In this document: one piece after another, positions 13,162-37,216 of the stretch
Layout: every line of letters starts with the position of its first letter
How positions within the stretch are numbered: position 1 is the first letter of the stretch
NCBI GenBank assembly: GCA_033442325.1
Contig: JAWQFM010000033.1
Coordinates: 351,029-415,028, forward strand
Source: Salpingoeca rosetta
Taxonomy: Eukaryota > Protista > Choanoflagellata
DNA length: 64,000 nt
Reading direction: 5' to 3'
The notes under the pieces: generated by a model
What the model was told of the DNA's origin: nothing
Seen by the model: only the letters and a program-made list of their open reading frames with translations
The model's database searches: none
Position numbers and translations under genes: made by a program

Positions 13162-15798
13162 TCACATGCCCGCAAACTTTGGGAAGAGGTTGTGTGGGTC
13201 GTACTTGGCCTTGACATCCGCCAACTTCTGAGTGCAGTCTCCATAGGGCTTGTTGTGGTCGTCTGTGTAGTTCACGTACGCAGCAACGCCGACACCAATG
13301 TCCTTGGCCAGTGCCTTGAACTGCGACAGTGCGATGAAATTCAGGAGGAGAAAATGGTGATGGTACAGGCGGCGGTGGTGGCAGCGGTGCAGGAAGGAGT
13401 GAGCGCACGTTTATGCTCACAATATCCCAATCAACACACTACACTGACTGATGAGAAAAAGGCGCGTACCATGAGGACCACACACCAAGTCACACTCTCA
13501 AACACCCCACACCCACAGAGAGAGAGGGGGGAGGAGGGAGGGAGACACACACATGCATACACATACACACACATGCATACACATACACACACATGCATAC
13601 ACATACACACACATACACACACAGACGCACACATACGCATTCGCGCAGACACACAGCCACACCACACACCACAGACACGCGTGGCCTTCAAACCTGCTGG
13701 AGCCATTCAAGAGACTTCTTTGCGGTGGAAGGGTCATCGAGGTTGCCAAGGCACATGACGGAGTATGGGCGACGCGTGCCGTACACCAAGTCGTCCTCGG
13801 GTTTGCGGTCGACACCCACAATCTGCCCGCCCCAGTGCTCAACAAGATACACGCTTGCCGGTGTGCGGTATTTCTCGGAAGCGAGAATCTGTGTCGGACG
13901 TTGATGCACAACAGCAAGGTAAAAGAATGGCAGCATGTCTCAGCTGAGGTTTGAAAGCAGTTGCACGTGCAGTGCAACACACGCACACACGCACGCACAC
14001 ACGCACACACACATTGAAATGAGGAGACAGGCATGCACACAAAAAAAGGCCAACCGAGCAAACAAAGACACACTCGACCAACAGACCAACCAACCAACCA
14101 AGCAGACAAGCACAGACAATGTCAACGCACGAGCTTGACGAGGGCCTGACAGTCATCGGTGCTGGCGCCCGTGGAGCGCTTCTTGTGGCCATACCCGCCA
14201 ACGACATCCTGCATGCAGTTGAACACAGCATACGGCTTTGGGTCGATGGCATTGATGAGGGGCTTCTTGTCCATGAGCGGGGCGAGGTGCGTGTTCATGA
14301 GCTCCTGTGCCTGCTGCATGGGCTCGTCACCAAGCCACGCCGTGTGGATGATGAACGTGCGACGGCCGTTGAAGGGCGGCGGAGGCGGCGAGTCGATCAC
14401 CATGGAGCAGTACAGGTTCGGTTCGTCCTTATCGACAATCTCCGCCCACTTCCTGACGCGGTCTGCAAACTCCTCATCAGACTCGGCAATCCAGAACGCC
14501 TGCCCGGAGCACATCATGTCCTTCTCGGGCAGCTGCTCGCCACCGGAGCAGGTATGATGCATGTTGGTGAGGAGAGGTGTATGTGGTGAGTTGGGTGAGG
14601 GAAAAGCGGAGGTGTGCGTGGTGTTGTGATGTGATGTGATGTGATGTGATGTGATGTGATGTGAGGTGAATAAGCGGAGGGACCCAGTTGTAGAATAAAA
14701 CCGTGGACAGGGAGGGGAAGAGGGGGAGGGTAAGCAGAGCACGGCAAGGACAAAGGGTGTCTTGGAGGAACAAATCATATCTTGGCTGGGCATTGCACAC
14801 TTGGCGCAAGGTGACGTTGCGAGTGACACAACACGAGTGCGCTCACTCACAGGGTAGAGGCGGACTTTAAGGGAGGTGACAATGCCAATGGAGCTTGCAG
14901 CACCGCGAATGGCAAAGAAGAGGTCAGGGTTCTTCGTCTCCGTTGCCTCAACCATGGTGCCGTCCGCGAGTACGACGCGCGCAGCGAGGATGTTGTCGAC
15001 ACCGAGCCCGTAACGGCGGGAGATGGCGCCATATCCGCCGTGCAGCGTGAACCCGCCCATGCCCGTGTGCGACACCTGGCCGCCAACACCGCACAGGTTG
15101 AAGGCTGTTCGTGTGCAGTGTGCGGTGTGCGGTGTGCGGTGTGCGTGTGTGTGTGTGTGTGTGCGTGTGTGTGTGTGTGTGTAAGCAAGGGAAGTGTAAG
15201 AATAGCATGTGGCGCGCACACTTGGCTTGTAAGATGGGTGCGCGAAAACAGCAATGTATGATTGCACCGATGTGCAGACGGCACACATGCTGCACCGTTT
15301 GTTTCGAGGTCAAAGTCCTTGACAGTGGCGCCCATGCCAACCCATGCGGTGCGCTCCTCTGGGTCGACGTGCACGAAGTTCATGCGGGTCAGGCGGATGA
15401 GCACAGCGCCATCCTTGACGGAGCGGCCGGAGATGGAATGACCGCCGCTCATAACGGCAAACTGCAGGTTGTTGGAGCGAACCCAGTTCACTGCCACTTG
15501 GACATCTGTCGCTCCGAGTGGCAGCAGCACAACGCTGTCACCAACATGCGCACAGGAGAGGGAGGGGGAAGCGGCGTCAGAAAGATGCTTAGATTGTCCA
15601 TCGACACGACCAGCCCCCCCCCCGCAAACAACAAGTAATGCACTCAATGTCACGTGACATGATGCGACCGCTGGCTTACCTGGGCTTCTTGTGCTCGTGG
15701 TCAGCGTTCCACGGCCTGCGGTACTTGTCGTAAGCGGGGTCTGACGGGAGAAGAAACTCCCCACGGAACCCCTCGGGCCTGGTCAGCGTCGAGGCCAT
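13162..15798 (-). CDS. FAD-linked oxidoreductase (FAD_binding_4 + BBE domain; 6-hydroxy-D-nicotine oxidase/McrA-like), about 6 exons
   Basis: Exons give MASTLTRPEGFRGEFLLPSDPAYDKYRRPWN (15680-15798), VMSGGHS (covalent-FAD His motif), GGQVSHTGMGGFTLHGGYG...GLGVDNILAARVVLADG, NPDLFFAIRGA, and C-terminal YVNY...LADVKAKYDPHNLF (BBE). Stop at 13162-13164. Confidence 0.92.
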
Positions 15799-15901
15799 TG
15801 TCGGGGTGGTGGTGATGTGAGGATGGAAGTGCGTGGAAAGTAAAGATGTAACATAACATAGCGCGCGTTGTTGTCTCTGCTGCTGCTGCTGCGCTTGCTG
15901 C

Positions 15902-15943
<42 letters not shown>

Positions 15944-15965
15944 ACTTGCCGGCCTTCGTGGCTTC

Positions 15966-15975
15966 ATGACGTCAT
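15966..15975. promoter_or_regulatory. Perfect CRE/ATF-type palindrome ATGACGTCAT in the divergent promoter between the FAD oxidase and the Ubl gene
   Basis: Same 10-mer plus the following C as at 12878. It sits in a 393-bp head-to-head interval (ATGs at 15798 and 16192). Confidence 0.4.
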
Positions 15976-16191
15976 CTCTGGCTGCCGTGGCCGCCAACCA
16001 ACGCAGCAAACGTAGTGCGAGGACTGTTTGACGAACTTTATTTGAAGATGTGTGCAAATTTTCTACAACCGCAACCGCACTTGCCAACAACGAACAGATA
16101 CGAAGACAGACACACACACAGACAGACACACACACACACACACAGACACAGGCACACACAGACACACACAGAGACACACAGATACACAACG

Positions 16192-17240
<1,049 letters not shown>

Positions 17241-17258
17241 CCGTTCTGCGTTGTGCTT

Positions 17259-17343
<85 letters not shown>

Positions 17344-17869
17344 GTTGTGTGCGTGTTGTGTGTACATTTGCGTTTGTGTTGTACGTGCGTGTGCGTGTGT
17401 TTTGTGTGTACATTTGCGTTTGTTGTGTGCATGCCGTGATACACCACGTTCTTTGTGTTGTGTGCAGGCGTGGCTTAATCTCACGCGCAGTGCTGTCAGC
17501 ATGAATGTGTTGGTGTGTGTGAATGTTTCTATGTGCATGCGTTTGCGGGTTGTTTCACTACCTTTGTCATCATTTCACTACGTTCGCCAACCGTCGCCCC
17601 TTGCTGCTTGCTGCCCCTTTTGCATGTCATCATGTGTGTGTGCATGTCACTTTATGTGTGTGGTCTCATGCACTCCCGCTGTCATCTTGGTTTCGGGGCA
17701 AGCCTTAGCCTCACCTTGACCCGTGTTACATCCACCTCCACAATACACAAATCAAGACGTTGCCGTTCTTGTTGTGTTGCGTGTGTAACTGCACACAAAC
17801 AGCACAAATACAACCACACATGCTCGCAAACTTTAAGAAAAGGCAATGTCATCACATCACTGCATCCAA

Positions 17870-17926
<57 letters not shown>

Positions 17927-18008
17927 CAAGTACACACACACACACGCACACACGCACCCTCACACAAAACAAAACAAACCAGAAGAGGCGCCAGGGTCAT
18001 CAACGTGT

Positions 18009-18857
18009 TCACTTGTTTGCGTTCTTGTCAGGCGACTGCTGCTGCTGCTGCTTGCTTTGTGCTGTGTAGCGGTTGGCAAACAGCGGCGAAGGCTTCATAC
18101 CACCACCACCGCTGCTGTTGCTGAAGAGGCCCTTGCCAAATGCTGTTGGCCCCTTGGCAGACGACGACAGAGGTGACGACAGTGACGATGGCGTGGTCGT
18201 CGGTGTCGCCTTGGCTGCGGTCGTCGATGTTGATGGGGTTGCAACCTTGCTGCTGGTGGTGCTGCTGGTGGTGCTGGTGGTGGTGGCGGGGAAGGAGACT
18301 GGCGTTGTGGGTTTGCTGCTGCTGTTGGTGCTGCTGCCACCGCTGCCAAAGCTCATGCCTGCAGACAGGCTCGTGCCCTTTGGCGTGAACTTCCCGCCAA
18401 ACAGCGACTGGCCCGGTGTCGTCGTCGTCGTCGTCGTGCCGGTGGTGGAGGATGGGGAGGAGAAGAGGCTACCACCACCGCTGCCAGTGGTCTTGTTGCC
18501 GAAGCTAAACGGCTTTGTGCCGGGAGTGCTGGCTGCAGACTTCATTCCAAACAGCCCGCTCTTGCTCATAGACGACGCTGGCGGCGTAGTGATGGCGATG
18601 GTGATGGTGGTGGTAATGCAATGATAATGAGGCGAGGGCGGGAGGAAAGGAAATACAAACAAGGCAAGGGGCGACATGCAAACTGGGGTGGATGTGAACA
18701 GGGAGAGGGGGGACTCACACACTGTCACACACATGCTGTCACACACACACACACAAAAAAAAAAAAACGTGCACACACACACACACAAAAAAAAACGTGC
18801 ACACACACACACACAAAAAAAAAAACGTGCACACACACACACAAAAAAAAAAAACGT

Positions 18858-18905
<48 letters not shown>

Positions 18906-19886
18906 GCTCTCTCTCTCTCTCAAACACACACACACTCTCACGTCACAAATGCGCGTGTGTGCATGTACATACCTGGCGTCGTGGTTGTCGACGATGGCGG
19001 CGTGGTCTTCTGGGCGGGCGAGATCCAGCCGCCAGAAGCAAACGAAAACTGGCCAGGTGTCGCGCTGCCAAAGCTCGCATTCACAGTACCATCCCCTTCC
19101 TCATCCTCATCCTCTTCGTCTTCATCTTCGTCATCCTCGTCTTCATACTCTGCGTATTCGTCGTCGTCGTCGTCGTCTTCCTCCTCCTCATCCTCATCAT
19201 CATCATCCTCATCCTCATCCTCGTCGTCGTCGTCGCCTTGTGTGTCGCCCTCATACTCTTCAAGTTCATCCTCTTCATCTTCCTCTTCTTCATCTTCATC
19301 GTCTTCAACGTCTTCAGTCGTGTCGCTCTCGTCACTCAACTCCTCGCCTTCTTCCTCAGCCTCATCATCATCCGCAACAACAACATCACCCCACTCCTCT
19401 TCATCATCATCCCCCTCATCCTCCTCCTCCTCATCCTCGTCGCTGTCGTCGCTGTCGTCGTCATCATCCACCTCCACGCTTCGCGTGAACGGCTTGCCGA
19501 GCGACAGGCTACCACTTGCTGCCGTAAACGCAGGCGACAGCTTCAGCCCGCCAAACACACCGCCACCGCCACCGCTGCTGCTGCTGGTGGGTGTTGAAGC
19601 AGTGATCGAAGCCGTGGTTGGCGTCGTGGGTGTGATGGTGGTGCCCTTGCCAAAGCCAACACCACCACCAACACCAGCACCAGTGCGTGCGGCTGGCGTT
19701 GCTGGTGTCGTGGACGGTTTGCTGCCAAACGAAAACGCGGGTGTGCCGCCCGTAAACGGGGACGAGCCCGATGACAGCGCAGGCGTGGACGAAAACGACA
19801 GCGACGTCGACGACGATGATGATGGCGGGGTTGCCTTCGTCATAGGCGCTGTTGTTGCTGGTTTGAAACCAAGCAGTCCTGGCTTC

Positions 19887-19921
<35 letters not shown>

Positions 19922-20045
19922 AGTAGATGGGGATGACGCAGCAAAAGGGGAGGAGAAGGATGTCGCTGGCTTGGCTGCAAACGGCGATGACGTGGTGAAC
20001 CCAGGCGCGGTCTTGAACAGCCCTGGCTTCGGCTGTTGTTGTTGT

Positions 20046-20077
<32 letters not shown>

Positions 20078-21063
20078 CTGTGGTGTGGATGGCTTCGGGG
20101 AGAACGAAAACGACGACTTGGCGGCGGCAAAGTTGAAGGAAAGCTTGGGCTTGTCATCATCATCACCACCACCAACAACAGCCTGCTGCTGCTGCTGCTG
20201 CTGTTGCTGCTGTTGCTGCTGCTTCTTGGCTGCTGCTGCCTTTTCTTCCTCCATCTTCTTCCTCCTCTCCTCCTCCTTCTGCTGCTTCGTGCTGATCATC
20301 GACTGCATCGCCTTGCCGAGACCAAACCCAAGCCCAGACGTCACACCCGCCGACGGTGCCGCTGTCGTGAACTGCGCCCCCGTTGTCGCTGCAAAAGGCG
20401 ATGTTGATAGTGGTGCTGCTGCTGTTATTGGTGTTGTTGCTGCTGCTGACGATGGCGAGTGCTTGTGTTGCGTGAGTGCAAACGGCTTGCCAAAGGGGGA
20501 CGATGACGTGGGCATGGCCGCGGTCGGCTTCACCGGCGGCACCGTCACGCTCGGGGCGCAGTCGCCAGGCACCAGACCCTGCAGCAGTGGCACCAAGGCG
20601 GAAAGAGGGGGGGGGGTGCATGTGTGCGAATGTGTGTGTGTATTTGTGTGTTTGTGTGTGTGTGTGTGTGTGCGCGAATGAGGAATCAAGTCACCACACA
20701 GAGCGTGCAAGCGAGCAAGCCAGCCCAACGCAACACCTACAGCCACAGGCAACAAAACAAAACAACACAATTCGCCATGGAACGTGCCGCGCCACCTGGT
20801 CGTTCTCTGCGGTGGTGTCTGCGCCGGCGGATATGAGCGCAGCGGCCGTGTCGTCGTGGCCGCCCGTCCGCGCGTCGTGCAGCGGGGTGTCGCCCTGAGA
20901 GGATTAAGGGGTTGGGAGGGGGGGAGAGAGGTGGAGAAATGAAAGGATTGTATTCGTGTGTGTGTGTGTATGTATGTCATGTGTATTGTGTATGTGTGTG
21001 TGTGTGCAGAGCTGTCGTCTGTCTGTCTGTCTGTCTGTCTGTATGTCTGTATGTCTGTCTGTA

Positions 21064-21096
<33 letters not shown>

Positions 21097-21389
21097 CCCT
21101 CCCTCCCTCTCTCGTCCCACTGTGTGCGCGCACGTTGTTGTCGACGGCGTTCACGGGGGCCCCGCGAGCAGTGAGCGCCCGCACGGCGGCGGCGTGGCCA
21201 AAGAACGACGCCAGGTGCAGCGCAGTCCGACCCTGGTGATGAAGATGACGAGTGGCAGATGAGGTGAGGGGGACGAGCAAGGGTATGGTGGGGACGATGG
21301 GGAGGAGCGAGGGATGGATGAGGCCAGACACGGCAAACACACACACGTAACACACGTAACACACACACGTAACACACGTAACACACGTA

Positions 21390-21420
<31 letters not shown>

Positions 21421-21464
21421 CGTAACACACGTAACACACACACACACGCACACACGTAACACAC

Positions 21465-21514
<50 letters not shown>

Positions 21515-22014
21515 CGTAACACACGTAACACACGTAACACACACACACACACACGTAACACTGCGCACGTTGGCGGTGGTGGCGGCGATGGTTGCTTTTC
21601 CGAGGGCATCAATGACATCTGTGCAGCCGTTCATGGCCGCCAGGTGCAGCGGCGTCTTGTTCTACACACACACACACAAACGCACACACACACACATGTC
21701 GACAAGTGGTTGAGAATAATACAAACGTGGGCGTTGGCTGGGCCAGTGACATGAAAGTGTGACAAGACAGCAACGCCGAAAAACCGCAGGTGGCCGCAGC
21801 CTTTGCACAGCCCTCCAACGACAACCAGTCAAGCCAACACACACATACACACACACTTAACACACTGACCGTCTTGTCGGTGATGGTGGCCTTGGCATGG
21901 TGGCTGAGAAGGATGCGGACAACGTCGACATGGCCATTGCCGCTCGCGCAGTGCAGCGGCGTCCACCCCTGTACACACACAGACACGCACACACACATGC
22001 ACACACACACACAT

Positions 22015-22049
<35 letters not shown>

Positions 22050-22847
22050 CACACACACACACACATACACACACAGGCACACACACACACACACATGCAC
22101 ACATACGCGCTCGCAGAGTGAGCCGGGGTGTATTCGTATTGTGATGCGCGACAACCGCAGCCATGTCTGCTCGTGCAACACACAGCTACAAACTGCATGT
22201 ACGACGCAAAACCACAACGGGTGACGTGCGAATGGCTGGCTACCTTGCTGTCTTGAGCGTCGACCTTGACCTTGTGCTGCAGCAGTAGCTCAACGGCCGA
22301 CACTTTGCCGTGCAGGCTCGCCGTATGGAGCGGCGTCATGCCCTGAAACACACGGTTGTTGGGCGGAGTGTGAGGATTACCGTCAGAAGTGACAGGGAAT
22401 GGGCCGAGTGCTGCTCACGTCCACACGCAAACAAGGGGAGGTGTAGACAAACCCTACCGTTGGTACACACACACACAGCACAGACACGGCCACAGGCACA
22501 GACAGAGATACACACACACACACACAGCACAGACACGGCCACAGGCACAGACAGACACACACAGCACAGACACGGCCACAGGCACAGACAGAGATACACA
22601 CACGCGCGCACGCACGCACGCAAGCAAGCAAACACACCACAAACACAAACACACACACACACACACACCACAAACGCAAACACCACAGACGCAAACACCA
22701 CAAACGCAAACACCACAAACACACACACTTGTCCTCATTCCTCACCCAGACGTTGGTTGCGGACGGGCTTGTGCCGGTCTTCAGTTGCTTGTCAATGGCA
22801 GCAACATCACCAGAGGCACATGCCTCGTGAAGCTCCCACTCACTCAT
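18009..22847 (-). CDS. Ankyrin-repeat (6 repeats) protein with FG-repeat, polyQ and acidic low-complexity C-terminal region
   Basis: Exons 22746-22847, 22244-22342, 21870-21968, 21569-21661, 21134-21232, 20796-20894 (GxTPLH ankyrin repeats), 18973-20578 and 18009-18577. All are GT/AG and in phase. Confidence 0.88.
18741..18862. repeat. Intronic minisatellite, four copies of (CA)n-A(10-14)-CGTG
   Basis: Directly visible. Confidence 0.85.
21340..21561. repeat. Intronic compound repeat of (CA)n with recurrent CACGTAA units
   Basis: Directly visible. Confidence 0.85.
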
Positions 22848-23404
22848 CACGGTCACGGTCACGGTGCGTGTGCAGAGTGTCAACAGGAAAGGATGGGGAC
22901 ACCAGCGTCAGTGCTCACCACTTGCTCGCTCCGTTGCTTGTGTCTGTGCTGGTGTTCCACGTGTGTGTGTGTTCTCTTCGTCTTGCTTGCTTGCTTGCTT
23001 GCTTCCTTCTTGTTGTTTGCACAAGAAACGGTCCGACAATTTGCGAAAGATTCGCATTAAGTTTCCGCACTGCACTGGAGTTTCAGTGGCACACAAGAGA
23101 AAGGTTTTGTTTTGGTTGTTGTGTGTTGGAGAAAGTGTGTGCGGGTTGTGGAGAGGTGGCATGATGTGGCATGATGGTGTGCTCTTGCTCTGGTTGCTTT
23201 GCTGGTGTCTGTTGCGGTGTTTTGTTGATCGCAGCTATACTGCTGATCGAAGGTCGAATGGTGTATGATAGGACGGCACTCACACTCACACTCGCCTGCC
23301 TCATTCTCTCTGTGTTTGTGTGGTGGTGTTTGTTTCTCCCGTGTGTGTTTGTGTTGCCAGTCTGATCAACAAAGCGAGTGACCAACCCGACGAGGACGAC
23401 GACG

Positions 23405-32324
<8,920 letters not shown>

Positions 32325-34373
32325 CTCTGGCCACTGATGCACTGTACTGACTTCTGCCACCTTCCAGAATGTGTTGTTGTTTTGTTTGGTTTTGGTTCCC
32401 CTTTGGTGCTTTGTTTCTCATTGTTCTGTTTTCTTCGTTTGTGTGTTCTGTGTGTGTGTGTGAAACCACCATCTCGTCTCTTCGCGAAGAACAACAGTCA
32501 CACACCAGCACCAACTTCAACAACAAGCAACCAAGACAGGACGACAAACCACAACAAACCACCACAACAAACAACAACAGACAATCATTTCAATGCACAA
32601 CCAACCAAAGCACCTGAAACGAAAAGGGACGCGGGCTCGATTGCTGTGAATGTTATGGAGAATATTCTTTGCAACGCGCGCCTTTTCGTGTCACGTTGGC
32701 GTGCACGTGAGTGCTCGAGGACAAGCTGCAAGTTGTCCACATTCGATACAAACGCGTTCCCAACGGTTCGCGCTGTCCCGCTCTCCCAACACCTGTCCCA
32801 CCCAGCATTGCAATCTGCGTGCGGAAAATGTGCTGAAGTCTTTGGTAATATATTGGCAGTTCCCATCGTAGGGCACGTCATTACGCAACACGTCATGTCT
32901 AAACCCCGCCCGGTTGCTCGCGTCAGAAACGAATTGTCCCAGATGTCCCGTTTGACACACATGCCAGCACGCAGCCCCATGCGGCATGCAAGTGCTGGAA
33001 CGAAACAGGGCTGGGCTCACCTGCAATCCAAGAAGAAGAAGCAAGTGCAAGAAGGCATGAGAAGCAAGCAAGCAAGCAAGCAAGAGCAAGATGAAGGCAA
33101 GCAACGGCAACCAACTCACATCACCAAAATCAAAACCGCCAGCCAAACGTTGTGTGTGTGTGTGCCCGCTGTGTGTGTGTGCGCGTCGTCGTCTGCCTCC
33201 CACCCCCTTCCCGCTCTCTCATCGCGTTCGCCAACTGCTCTTGCGCGCGCCCAGCGTCAAACCACCACAACCCCCCCCCCCGAACAGCACAAACCTTCAC
33301 TCACAAGCATCATCTTGTCCCCCCCCCCACAACTACTATCATCATCAAGAGGTTGCGGGTGTTTGCGGGGGGTTTTGATTGGGTGAAGCGCCAGTTGTGG
33401 GTGTGTTTGTTGATGCTTTGACGTAACGCAGCGACTAGCGTGAGTGAACCTAGCAGAGGGAAACACAGACCCACCTCAACACCCTCAACACCACTGCACA
33501 CTCATTGCGTTTGAGACTGTGCGTTGGTGTGTTTGCACACCCAACCTATCTGCACGGCGCACGGCCATCATCCACATTGCTCTTCTTCAACCAGCGAAAG
33601 CAAGGTGGGTGGCTGTGCGTGCGCTGTTGTTGACAGCCGTTGTTCTGTCTGTTGCTGTTGTTGGTTGATGTTGTTCGTTGGTGGTGTTGCTTCTTCTTCC
33701 CCTTCTTCCCTTGGCTGTAAGGACTGTGCTGCTGTTGGGCGCATGTTGGCTGTTCCTGCAAATTGGCTTGTCGTTTCGTCTTGCATACATTTGCCATCCC
33801 CACTTTCCGCCCCTGCAACTCCACATCCCTTCGCGTCTCGTGTTGCTCTTGCGCACCGCGTGTTGCTTTCGTTTCTCGTTCCTCTCCCCTCCTCTTTCTT
33901 TCTCTCTCAACAACAACCACCACCACCACCAGCTCCACCTCCACCACTGCCAAGCCTTACACCTTTGCTTGCGATCACCTGGTACACACGCTGTTGTTGC
34001 CTGTCTCCTCTTCCTCGTGCAGTCGTGCCCTTCGTCTTGTCCCACACGCCTTCCTTGCACCTGCACGTTGCATGCACATGCCACACGCGCGCAAGGGGGA
34101 GTGAGTGCTTGCGTCGTGCTCTCCCTCGCCATCGTCTCACACGTCTTCTCTCACGGTTGCTTCCCCTTTGCAACACCATCACTGTGCGACTGCGCACCAA
34201 TCTCCACACCGCTTCATTTGGCATTTACCGACGTGTCATCATCATCACTGCTGTTGACGTTCTTCGTTACCTGAACCGCACCCACCCTTGCGTCATTGCT
34301 TGCTCCGCGCACACGACGTGTGCATCCTGTGCCGTACATCTCACATCACACCGTTCTCCTCCCTGCTGTCTGA

Positions 34374-34427
<54 letters not shown>

Positions 34428-36744
34428 CCACACCAATCGAATCTTCACCCGTCCTATCAACGTTTGGTGTTTGAAACCCTGCACACCAGGTGTGACTTCA
34501 CCTATTCGTGTGCGTCTGTGTATTTGTGCTGCGACATCGACACTCGCGATCAAACTCAAGGTAACCAACCCGCACATCTGCACACGTGCACGCGCGTGCA
34601 CACACGCAAACCACACACACCACATACGCACACACCCAACTTGTCAACGCTGCAACGTGACCTTGCCTGCCTGCGCCACAACAGCCAGCATGACACAATC
34701 CAACACTTCCCACCGCCGTTGCACACGCGTCAACGCCTCAGCCTACACGCACAACATCAACGATTGCCACCCCCATCAATCACAATTCCCCTCAACCCAC
34801 ATGCGCACAAGGCACATCAGCAGTGGCAAGACCGGTCAGCACCAGCCACCCCCACCCCACACCACGCACTCACGCACGCACAAGCACACACACGCCCGTT
34901 CGCAATCACACTCTTTGCATGGCGAGTTGGTGACAGCCTCAACACACGTTGCTTGCCTTTCCAACGCTCGCCCCACCCGCGCGTGCGCGCGCGCACACAC
35001 ACGCACCCAACGTCCATTCTCATCATCATGCATGGTCTTTGCTGACCCCGATCTTGGCCATTCTCCCCACGCAGTTGCTCACTCACCCGTGCATCCGCCT
35101 ACTTGCTTGTCGTGTGCTCTTGAATCCATGTCCCTCTTCGCTCTGCATCATCTGCCAACAACGATCAAAACCATCACCGGCGACGTCGACTCTCCCACTC
35201 CTTCACACCAACACACACACACACACACACACACACATATTGGTGCTCGTCTTTTTTCTTGGCGTTGGCCCAACGGCACCATCGCTTCTCCTCCTGCGGT
35301 GTCAATCACAACTCAACGCCTGATTCTCTCGGTGCATCCACACACACACACACACACATACACATACACACCTACGTACACACACACACACACACATACG
35401 CACACCGTTGTTGTTTTGACGTTCTTCAAACGACACACCCGCTTGCTGACCTTTTCGTTGACCGTCCTTGTTGTTGTTTGCTCTTCTTCTTCTGTCTGTG
35501 GCCTCGTTTCATTGTTCTTGTTCTTCTGTTGTGTGCGCGGCTCGTTTGCACGTCCCCTCGATCCCTCGTTGCACATTGTGGTTCATGCCTGTCTCCATCG
35601 TCACTCCCGCAGCACACACGTGACTGCACACACCCACCACACAAACACGAGCACGCACCTGAGCCCCGAAACATCTCAACGGTGAGTGGGACGACCCAGT
35701 TGTCTTGTTGCTCGCACTCGTCGCTCCTCTCCCACCGCCTTCCATCCCACGACACCTAGATCTGTATTTTCTCTCAAGGCCCCCTGACTTTCTTTCTTTC
35801 CCCCCTTCCGCATACCCCCCCCCCACCCCCCAACCTCCACCCTTCCCAATCTTCTCCCTGTTCATGTGTGTTGCTCCGTGCCACCCACACCACTCGTTTG
35901 CAACGCCAGCTGTGCTTGTGGCAAGACTTGGCACATCACATGTGCCCTCGTTCAAAGCTGGTTTGCCTGCAAGCATCTTGGTGTGATTTTTTTCGACCCC
36001 ATTCGTTTTTTCCCCTCCCCTCGCCGCCACCCCATTCAGTCAACAACCCTACTGGTTTCCGTTGTTTCCCTCTCCTTCTCCAAAACCAACTCCAAGGCAC
36101 AACAAGCAACAACGTTTCCCCCCTGATTCTGAACTTTTACCCCTCTACTTCAAGCTCGTCCATCCGCTTTTGATTTTGACCTAGCCACCCCCCCCCCTCT
36201 TCCTATCTCTCTTCCTCTCTCTCGGTTCCTTTGTGTGCCACCACCGAGTGGCGACAAAGCCGTTGCACAGAGCTGTGTGTGTTCGCCAGCACTGTCTGGC
36301 CTACATATTGTTGACCAGCCACTTTCTTCTTCCCAACCTCCACACACGGCAAGCGACCAAGCAAGTGGTTGCAGCCGCTGAGCCGACACTGCGGCTTCTG
36401 GGTCGTCGTTGCCTCCTCCTTCCCGTTATTCATCACTGCTTGTTTTCCCCTCCGCATTGTTTCTCGTGGCTTCTGTTTGCCCCCCCCCCCTCCCACATAC
36501 CTGTGCATCTCTGCTTGCCTCCCTTGTCTCATCGACTTGTCTCCGCTCGCCTCCGCTTGCCTCCGCTTGCCTCCTCTCTCTCTCTCTCTCTACAAAGTCT
36601 GTCATCACCGTTGCCTGTTTCAAACAATTGTGTACCCCTCTCCTCACTTGGGCCAAACCGCTTGTGTTCTGCACCTGATCTCAGTGGTCAGCACCCTTGC
36701 CCCCCCTCCTTCTCTTGCTCGTTTTCGCTGCTCTCAACACACAC

Positions 36745-36887
<143 letters not shown>

Positions 36888-37216
36888 GATCTTTGGTGTT
36901 GCTGCTGCCCTGTTGTGATCGGCCCTCTTTTGTTTTCTCCACGTGCATGCTGTCTGTTCCTTCACACTCGCTAACTTCATTGCTCCTGTCGCTCACGATT
37001 GCGTGCACGGTCTTTGATTGTTTGCCTTGTGATTGCGTTAGGGTCAGTCCAAACCGAGGCAGGCATTGAGCCACTGCTACGCACGTGTCCACAACGCACA
37101 AGCCCGCTTTCGTCGAGACAGCCACCTCTTCTTGATCTGCCTGTTCCGTCGTTGCCGGGTCTTTGCGGCCTCTGCGTGTTGCGGGTGCAGCAAGGTGACG
37201 TGACCTCATTAGCACA

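Noticed and set aside
13162-15798. Secreted AA7 oligosaccharide oxidase partnering the nearby GH31
   Set aside because: It has no signal peptide and no second (Cys) FAD-attachment motif, and two unrelated genes intervene.
32337-35759. Long ORFs 32337-33386, 33524-34474 and 34288-35685 as genes or transposon ORFs
   Set aside because: They have weak or non-ATG starts, run through microsatellites, lack the codon bias of real exons and show no transposase or RT motifs or terminal repeats.
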